Positions 33,918 through 40,000 of a DNA stretch of 40,000 nucleotides are shown piece after piece; positions within the stretch are counted from its first letter, which is position 1, and every line of letters starts with the position of its first letter. Below the pieces are notes generated by a model that was not told where the DNA came from, ran no database searches, and saw only the letters and a list, made by a program, of their open reading frames with translations. A program made the position numbers and the translations under genes. The stretch lies in NCBI GenBank assembly GCA_002841375.1, contig PGZO01000029.1, forward strand, positions 1 through 40,000, written 5' to 3'. Origin of the DNA: Firmicutes bacterium HGW-Firmicutes-7 (lineage in GTDB: Bacteria; Bacillota; Clostridia; Lachnospirales; Vallitaleaceae).

Positions 33918-34799
33918 TTAATCATTATAATCTTGAAGCAATTGAAACAACACCTGTGTTCCATCATTTTCCAATCCATCACTAGCAAGTTGATCATATA
34001 GGCTTTTTGCTAACGCTAGTCCCGGTGTGCTAAATCCCATTTCCTTTGCCTCAGACAATGCAATACTCATATCCTTAATAAAGTGCTTAACATAAAAGCC
34101 TGGTTCAAAATCTCCTTTAACCATTCTAGGCGCCAAGTTATTTAATGACCAGCTTCCTGCTGCACCAGCTCCAATACTTTTTAGAACGATTTCTGGAACA
34201 AGCCCAGCGTTTTTTGCATAAACCATCGCCTCACATACCCCAATCATATTTGATGCAATGGCTATTTGATTACACATTTTGGTATGCTGACCAGCTCCAG
34301 CCTCTCCCTGCCACACAATGTTATTACCCATACATTCAAATAGATCTTTTGTCTTTTCAAAAATATCAAAATTTCCACCTACCATAATAGCTAACGTTCC
34401 ATTTCTAGCACCAATATCTCCTCCTGAAACTGGGGCATCTAATGCATTGATGCCTTTCTTCTTTGCAACTTTATATATTTCTTTTGCTAAGGAAGGCTTT
34501 GATGTTGTCATATCAATAATCGTGCTACCAGGCTTTGCATTTTCAATAATACCATCGTCTCCGAAATAAATCTCTTCAACATCTGCAGGATAGCCAACCA
34601 TCGTAATGATAATGTCAGCTTCCCTAGCAATCTCCCCAACTGTGTCCATCCAAATCGCACCATTTTCAATTAAATCATCTGCTCTTGACTTGGTTCTATT
34701 ATAAACAAATACCTTATATTCACCCTGTAAAAGATGTAACGCCATACTTTTCCCCATTACTCCTGTTCCAACAAAACCAATCTTAATATTGTTTTTCAT
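33918..34799 (-). CDS. NAD(P)-dependent oxidoreductase, 3-hydroxyisobutyrate dehydrogenase/GarR family
   Basis: N-terminal Rossmann fold IGFVGTGVMGKSMA, plus DAPVSGG and GAGQHTKMCNQ motifs. Confidence 0.85.
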   Translation of the reverse strand: MKNNIKIGFVGTGVMGKSMALHLLQGEYKVFVYNRTKSRADDLIENGAIWMDTVGEIAREADIIITMVGYPADVEEIYFGDDGIIENAKPGSTIIDMTTSKPSLAKEIYKVAKKKGINALDAPVSGGDIGARNGTLAIMVGGNFDIFEKTKDLFECMGNNIVWQGEAGAGQHTKMCNQIAIASNMIGVCEAMVYAKNAGLVPEIVLKSIGAGAAGSWSLNNLAPRMVKGDFEPGFYVKHFIKDMSIALSEAKEMGFSTPGLALAKSLYDQLASDGLENDGTQVLFQLLQDYND

Positions 34800-35070
34800 A
34801 TATTTGACCTCCTACACTGTTATCTTAATTAACTTTAAGTATATAGCATATCATAAGGATAGGCAATAAAAAGCCACATTATGCATTGCTTCACCGATGA
34901 TAATAGTGTATATTGGCTATATATTGATCATTTTTTGTTAAGAATAATGTAAGAGTTATATAGAGGGTTTTGTTAATATTACTTGCTAATATAAAGAAAA
35001 GGCAGGTGGTTAATGATACAAAACCTCCGCGTTCGCTACGGTTAAATTAAAAATAATGGAGGTTCTTGAA

Positions 35071-35766
35071 ATGAGTTCACTAAATATTTTAGTATGTGAT
35101 GATGAAATTGCAATTGTCGATGCATTAGAAATCTATCTTAAACAAGAAAACTACGGAGTATTAAAAGCCTATACAGGTACACAAGCGCTAAAAGTATTAT
35201 CGGAAAATGACATACACTTAATAATATTAGATATTATGATGCCAGATTTAGACGGATTAGCAACAACACTTAAGATCAGAGAAACACTCAATATCCCTAT
35301 TATTCTTTTATCTGCAAAATCTGAAGATACAGATAAAATAATCGGGTTAAACTTCGGCGCTGATGATTATGTCACAAAACCCTTTAACCCATTAGAACTA
35401 CTAGCAAGGGTTAAATCTCAAATGCGTCGTTATACTGCGCTCGGTAGTATTGCCGAAAAAACAAACGTATTAAAAACTGGTGCGCTTGAATTAGACCAAG
35501 ATACAAAAGAACTTCGCTTAGATGACGAACCGATTAAGCTAACTGCAACAGAATATGGAATCGTCAAGCTTCTAATGGAAAATTTGGGAAGAGTATTTTC
35601 TATTAATCAAATCTATGAACGGGTCTGGAATGAGCCCTCCTTTTCTGCTGAAAATACAGTTGCTGTTCATATAAGACGTATTAGAGAAAAGATAGAGATC
35701 AACTCCAAAGACCCTAAATATTTAAAGGTGGTGTGGGGTATTGGATACAAAATCGAAAAATATTAG
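35071..35766 (+). CDS. OmpR-family response regulator
   Basis: Receiver domain (ILVCDDE...ILDIMMPDLDG...SAKSE) plus a winged-helix C-terminal domain (...YLKVVWGIGYK). The ATG at 35071 has GGAGG 8 nt upstream; the track start is 35056. Confidence 0.9.
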   Translation: MSSLNILVCDDEIAIVDALEIYLKQENYGVLKAYTGTQALKVLSENDIHLIILDIMMPDLDGLATTLKIRETLNIPIILLSAKSEDTDKIIGLNFGADDYVTKPFNPLELLARVKSQMRRYTALGSIAEKTNVLKTGALELDQDTKELRLDDEPIKLTATEYGIVKLLMENLGRVFSINQIYERVWNEPSFSAENTVAVHIRRIREKIEINSKDPKYLKVVWGIGYKIEKY

Positions 35767-37759
35767 ATATGCGTTAGGAACAAAAATAGCCGCAACTATT
35801 TTAGCTTGGATCTGTTTTCTAAGTGCTTCTGGAAGCGGATTGTATTTGTTAGATCACAATGAAGAACTAACTAGTAAAAGTTATTTTGATACTTCTAGTT
35901 TTCAACTTGAATTTTCAAATCTTTTACATAATGTTATTGAATTAAACACCTTTCTTATTGACGAAGAGACAATTAAATCATCTGGCCAAGAACACAAAAT
36001 AATACAAAATAATTTAATGCGTTTAAATAGAATTAACCAACATTTATCTGATACAGTAAATTTTTTCTTTTTAGTAATTGATACGAACACGAATGAACAA
36101 ATGACAAATATTCAGTCACCAGATAAAATAAAATTTATTGAAGATATGCCTTTTAATGTTTATTATAATGAATATGATTCAATGTATACAACCTCTTATG
36201 ATTCAAGATATCATTATTATTATGATTTTAATTCGATGCTAGCAGGAACAAATTATGAGGTTTATGCTTCCGTTCAAGAACCTTTGCAAATTGGTGATAT
36301 ATTTTATGAATCAAATATTACTTATAATCAAGTGAAAGCAACCATTCAAAATATAATTATTCTTGGCATTGCTTCTTTTATTATATTATTAGCATGCATT
36401 ATTTATCTTGTTTGGGTAACAGGAAAACGAGAAAAAGGAGGAAACATCGTCTTAATTTTTGTGGATAAAATCTATACTGATATACATCTCTTACTCGTTA
36501 TTATAGCAGCAATGATCTCTATTGCTCTCATTGGCCAATTTTCTTATTATGGCAGTACCGAGACTATTATTGCCGCTTCTATAATACTTGCATTTGATTT
36601 TTGGATTGGTATAAGCTACTTTCTTTCAATGATTAGACAGATTAAAAACAAACAGTTAATTACCAATTCCTTAACTTATACGATATTAAAAACGTTTACA
36701 AATTTTATAAAAATGTGTTTTGATGGTAAGGTTTTTAAGGTATGGCTTATGTTTTTACTACTAGTTTACGCTGGTATTAACAGTATTGTATTTGCTCTAT
36801 CCCTACTTGGAGGCAGAATTAACTTCCTAGCTGGATTGATCTTTCTCATGTTTTTCAACACCCTCATACTTATATTTTTAGGCAAATCGCTTGCCTCTCT
36901 ATCAATAATAATGGAATCAACAGAGGAATTATCAAAAGGAAATTTAGATTATAAATTAAATTCTTCTAAAATTTCAATTGCTTTTATAAATCTTGCTGAG
37001 AATCTTCAAAGCATCCAAATGGGGCTAAAAAAAGCAGTAGCAGAAGCAATAAAAGGTGAGAGAATGAAAACAGATCTAATTACAAATGTTTCTCATGACT
37101 TGAAAACACCGCTAACTTCAATTGTCACTTATGTAGACCTTCTAAAAAAAGAAGCGCTTGATAACGAGATCGCTAACGGATATGTTGATATATTAGAAGA
37201 AAAATCTAGTAGGCTTAAAAATTTAATAGAAGATTTGATTGAAGCAAGTAAGGCTTCAAGTGGAAACTTAACTGTGAAATTTGAAAAAGTTGATTTACAC
37301 GAACTCGTACTCCAAACATGTGGTGAATATGAAGAATTAATTAAATCATCTGAATTAGATATTCGCATAAATTCAGAATTTCCCACTCTTGTTACTGCCG
37401 ACGGTAAATATATGTGGCGTATTATAGAAAATTTAATGTCTAATGTTATCAAATACTCTCTTAAGAATTCTAGAGTATATATAGACATTATCCAAACAAC
37501 TACACATGGTCAAATAACTGTAAAAAATATTTCTGCAACGGCACTTGATATTTCACCCGAACAATTGACTGAAAGATTTATACGAGGTGACTCTTCAAGA
37601 ACTACTGAAGGCTCAGGCTTAGGGTTGTCTATAGCCCAAAGCTTAACTACCCTTCAAGGTGGTATATTCAAAATTGAAATTGACGGGGATTTATATAAAG
37701 CAACTGTATCGTTACCTTTGTGGATTTCACAATCTACAGATAATGAAGAAAATGATTAA
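35741..37759 (+). CDS. sensor histidine kinase with large multi-TM N-terminal domain
   Basis: H-box VSHDLKTPLTSI plus N and G boxes (NLMSNVIKYS, GSGLGLSIA). It has a TTG start and overlaps the response regulator gene. Confidence 0.9.
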   Translation: MDTKSKNIRYALGTKIAATILAWICFLSASGSGLYLLDHNEELTSKSYFDTSSFQLEFSNLLHNVIELNTFLIDEETIKSSGQEHKIIQNNLMRLNRINQHLSDTVNFFFLVIDTNTNEQMTNIQSPDKIKFIEDMPFNVYYNEYDSMYTTSYDSRYHYYYDFNSMLAGTNYEVYASVQEPLQIGDIFYESNITYNQVKATIQNIIILGIASFIILLACIIYLVWVTGKREKGGNIVLIFVDKIYTDIHLLLVIIAAMISIALIGQFSYYGSTETIIAASIILAFDFWIGISYFLSMIRQIKNKQLITNSLTYTILKTFTNFIKMCFDGKVFKVWLMFLLLVYAGINSIVFALSLLGGRINFLAGLIFLMFFNTLILIFLGKSLASLSIIMESTEELSKGNLDYKLNSSKISIAFINLAENLQSIQMGLKKAVAEAIKGERMKTDLITNVSHDLKTPLTSIVTYVDLLKKEALDNEIANGYVDILEEKSSRLKNLIEDLIEASKASSGNLTVKFEKVDLHELVLQTCGEYEELIKSSELDIRINSEFPTLVTADGKYMWRIIENLMSNVIKYSLKNSRVYIDIIQTTTHGQITVKNISATALDISPEQLTERFIRGDSSRTTEGSGLGLSIAQSLTTLQGGIFKIEIDGDLYKATVSLPLWISQSTDNEEND

Positions 37760-37825
37760 AATAATATTTATAAAAATGAACCAATTAATTCCATATTTAA
37801 AGTAGTTTTTTAGTAGTTTTTCTAC

Positions 37826-37855
37826 TTGATAATCATTATCATTTAATAGTATAAT
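37826..37855 (+). promoter_or_regulatory. sodA promoter
   Basis: TTGATA-18 nt-TATAAT, 60 nt upstream of the ATG. Confidence 0.5.
37827..37841. promoter_or_regulatory. Fur-family 7-1-7 box TGATAATCATTATCA
   Basis: Perfect TGATAAT-n-ATTATCA inverted repeat, overlapping the -35/spacer of the sodA promoter. Confidence 0.7.
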
Positions 37856-37914
37856 GTGTTTAATAAGTGGTCTTACCACATTGATTAACATTTTATGAAA
37901 GAGGAGATGATATT

Positions 37915-38517
37915 ATGTTTAAACTACCAGAATTAACTTACGCATATGATGCGCTAGAACCATATATAGATGCACGTACGATGGAAACACATCATTCTAA
38001 GCATCATCAAGCATATGTAAATAATCTTAATGCAGCATTAGAAAACCTCAAAGAATTATCGACTAGAAGTATTGAAGAATTGCTAGAAGACCTGAATAAT
38101 CTTCCAGCACAGAGCCACTGGGCTATAAGAAATAATGGTGGTGGCCATTATAATCATAGCTTTTTCTGGCAACTATTAAATAAAGATGGTGCAAAAGAGC
38201 CCGGTGGTAAATTAAGAGATAAAATTAATGCTACCTTCGGAGATTTTGAAACTTTTAAAATTAAATTTAAAGCAGCGGCCCTAACTCGCTTTGGAAGTGG
38301 TTGGGCATGGCTTGTTGTTAATAGAGAATCAGATTTAGAAATCCTGTCTACGCCAAATCAGGATACCCCTTTATCTGATGGCAAAAAGCCGCTTCTTGCT
38401 TTAGATGTATGGGAGCATGCATATTATTTACTCTACACAAATAAGAGAGCTGATTACATTGACAATTGGTGGAATGTTGTAGATTGGAATAAGGTTGAGG
38501 AGTTGTATAATAAATAA
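37915..38517 (+). CDS. sodA: Fe/Mn superoxide dismutase
   Basis: LPELTYAYDALEPYIDARTMETHHSKHH...DVWEHAYYL. Confidence 0.95.
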   Translation: MFKLPELTYAYDALEPYIDARTMETHHSKHHQAYVNNLNAALENLKELSTRSIEELLEDLNNLPAQSHWAIRNNGGGHYNHSFFWQLLNKDGAKEPGGKLRDKINATFGDFETFKIKFKAAALTRFGSGWAWLVVNRESDLEILSTPNQDTPLSDGKKPLLALDVWEHAYYLLYTNKRADYIDNWWNVVDWNKVEELYNK

Positions 38518-38533
38518 AAATAAATTTTCATTT

Positions 38534-38567
38534 AAAGCCTTAGTTTTTAATAACTAGGGCTTTTATT
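38534..38567 (+). terminator. rho-independent terminator after sodA
   Basis: The stem pairs aaagccttagtt with aactagggcttt and is followed by tatt. Confidence 0.55.
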
Positions 38568-38734
38568 ATGTCCCCAACCTTAAACTATATGTTACCCATC
38601 GCTATAAATTTGCAGACAACCTCCTGCTTTTAAGAAGTCTAAATTCATTATACACTTGCATGTTATCTTCTAGTTTAGTATTATAAATTAATAAACTATT
38701 GCATAAACTTTGAAATTATTAAGGAGATGACTTT

Positions 38735-40000
38735 ATGTCTGAAATACAGATAAATTCAGGAATGCCCGCTCTTGACGAAATTATTAATCATATTTGGTTG
38801 GGTGATAATGTAGTATGGAAGGTAGACACTTTAGAAGATTACATTCAATATGCTCGGGCTTTTGCTTCAACTGCTAAAAAAGAAGGGCGAAAAATACTCT
38901 ATATTAGATTTGCTTCGCATGTACCCATTATTGAAGATACTAATGGAATCGAAGTTTACGTATTAGATTCTTCTCTAGGATTTCAGCATTTTTCCTTTGA
39001 AATATATAATATCATTACAGAAGCAGGCAAAGAAGCCTTTTATGTTTTCGACTCTCTTTCATCGCTACAGCAAACCTGGGCAACCGATTTAATGATTGGA
39101 AATTTTTTTGCGGTTACTTGCCCCTATTTATTTTCATTAGATACAGTGGCTTATTTTTGCATACTCCGTAAACACCATGATTGGGCAACCGTATCTAGAA
39201 TACTAGATACAACGCAAGTTATGATTGATTTAAGTTCCTCTGATGATGGTCAAGTGGTCCAACCAAAAAAAGCTTGGCATAGAGATTCACCTACTATGTT
39301 TTTACCCCATATATGGTCAGGGCAGAAGCTGATCTCTCAAACGGATGGATTACATCATATTTTGCGTCTACCAAACCCTATTACACATAAGTTAGATTAT
39401 TGGGAACAGCTATTTATTAAAGCAGAATCACTACGATGGTCTAATCCAGAAAAAGCAGATGTTGAGAGAATGATTACTAGATTGTGTACGCTTTTACTTG
39501 GAAAAGACGAGAAAATATTAGCGCTTGCTCAAAAGCATTTTACCTTAGAAGACTTATTAGGTATTCGTAATCGTATGATTGGCACTGGCTATATCGGTGG
39601 AAAATCAGTTGGAATGCTTTTAGCTAGACGAATACTATGTGGTGAAAACAAAGGTGAGAAAACAGCTGCAAACTTGCAAAAAGATTCTCTATATATTGGT
39701 TCTGACGTATGGCAAACGTTTTTAATTCATAATGGCTTATGGTTATTACATATGCAACAGCGTTCTGAACCTGGGTATTTTACGCTAGCTCAGGAGTTGT
39801 ATGATAAAATTCTTGTAGGTAGTTTTCCTGCTATTATTATGAGCCAATTCGAGCAAGCTTTAGATGCTTTAGGCCGAACGCCCATTATTATTCGTTCAAG
39901 CAGTTTACTTGAAGATGGTTATGGCAACGCATTTGCAGGCAAATATCAAAGTGTATTTTGTGCAAACCAAGGCGATGCTCAACAACGCATGGAATCTTTC
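38735..40000 (+). CDS. PEP/pyruvate-binding (PPDK_N-like) domain protein with ~270-aa N-terminal extension, partial (3' end outside window)
   Basis: Absent from the track. My hand translation found it open to the window edge. AAGGAG lies 8 nt upstream. MIGTGYIGGKSVGMLLA and IIIRSSSLLEDGYGNAFAGKYQS are PPDK_N-type motifs. Confidence 0.75.
   Translation, partial: MSEIQINSGMPALDEIINHIWLGDNVVWKVDTLEDYIQYARAFASTAKKEGRKILYIRFASHVPIIEDTNGIEVYVLDSSLGFQHFSFEIYNIITEAGKEAFYVFDSLSSLQQTWATDLMIGNFFAVTCPYLFSLDTVAYFCILRKHHDWATVSRILDTTQVMIDLSSSDDGQVVQPKKAWHRDSPTMFLPHIWSGQKLISQTDGLHHILRLPNPITHKLDYWEQLFIKAESLRWSNPEKADVERMITRLCTLLLGKDEKILALAQKHFTLEDLLGIRNRMIGTGYIGGKSVGMLLARRILCGENKGEKTAANLQKDSLYIGSDVWQTFLIHNGLWLLHMQQRSEPGYFTLAQELYDKILVGSFPAIIMSQFEQALDALGRTPIIIRSSSLLEDGYGNAFAGKYQSVFCANQGDAQQRMESF

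Noticed and set aside
31712-37488. ORFs 31712..31897 (-), 32665..32877 (+), 33795..34001 (+), 34145..34387 (+), 34318..34569 (+), 35902..36090 (-) and 37129..37488 (-)
   Set aside because: Each overlaps a well-supported gene on the opposite strand or in another frame.
1-40000. CRISPR arrays, rRNA genes, DGR or invertase-based variation of the tail fibre
   Set aside because: By eye I found no regularly spaced direct repeats, no rRNA-like sequence, and no reverse transcriptase or recombinase gene near the fibre.

Overview
This is low-GC Firmicute (Clostridia-like) chromosomal DNA. The left ~16 kb, transcribed on the minus strand from ~15.2 kb down to ~1.1 kb, is a PBSX/Xkd-type contractile-tail cluster. 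It holds a divergent cI-like/cro-like XRE switch, a DnaD-type replisome organiser, an ArpU/sigma-like late regulator, sheath, tube, a chaperone with a canonical -1 frameshift site, and a short tape measure. These are followed by a LysM protein, an XkdQ-R-S-T-U baseplate, a repeat-rich tail fibre and a lysis cassette (M23 peptidase plus LL-H-type holin). No terminase, portal, protease or capsid gene sits where a head module belongs, and the tyrosine integrase is a stop-interrupted, internally deleted relic. I read this as a headless, immobilised R-type tailocin (phage tail-like bacteriocin) candidate, and it is the main finding. To its right are two diverged direct copies of a tRNA 3'-half-like sequence, the second followed by a terminator. 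They bracket a ~1.6 kb AT-rich islet encoding an orphan 2-TM protein. The rest is core-like: C39-like peptidase, CIRCE-controlled hsp20, CotF-like pair, an xpt plus BMP-family nucleoside ABC operon behind a purine riboswitch, selD-selU, Crp/Fnr regulator, a DUF606 pair, NMO-family oxidoreductase, YbaK-like deacylase, HAD-IIA hydrolase, HIBADH-like dehydrogenase, an OmpR/HK pair, Fur-box-controlled sodA, and a partial PEP/pyruvate-binding protein. A second notable observation is a ~122-nt near-palindromic MITE-like element in two inverted copies flanking selU-selD. One copy supplies an outward TTGACA that completes a consensus promoter for selD. The other sits inside the riboswitch-controlled xpt leader. 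All calls come from reading the sequence and ORF track by eye; no searches were run.
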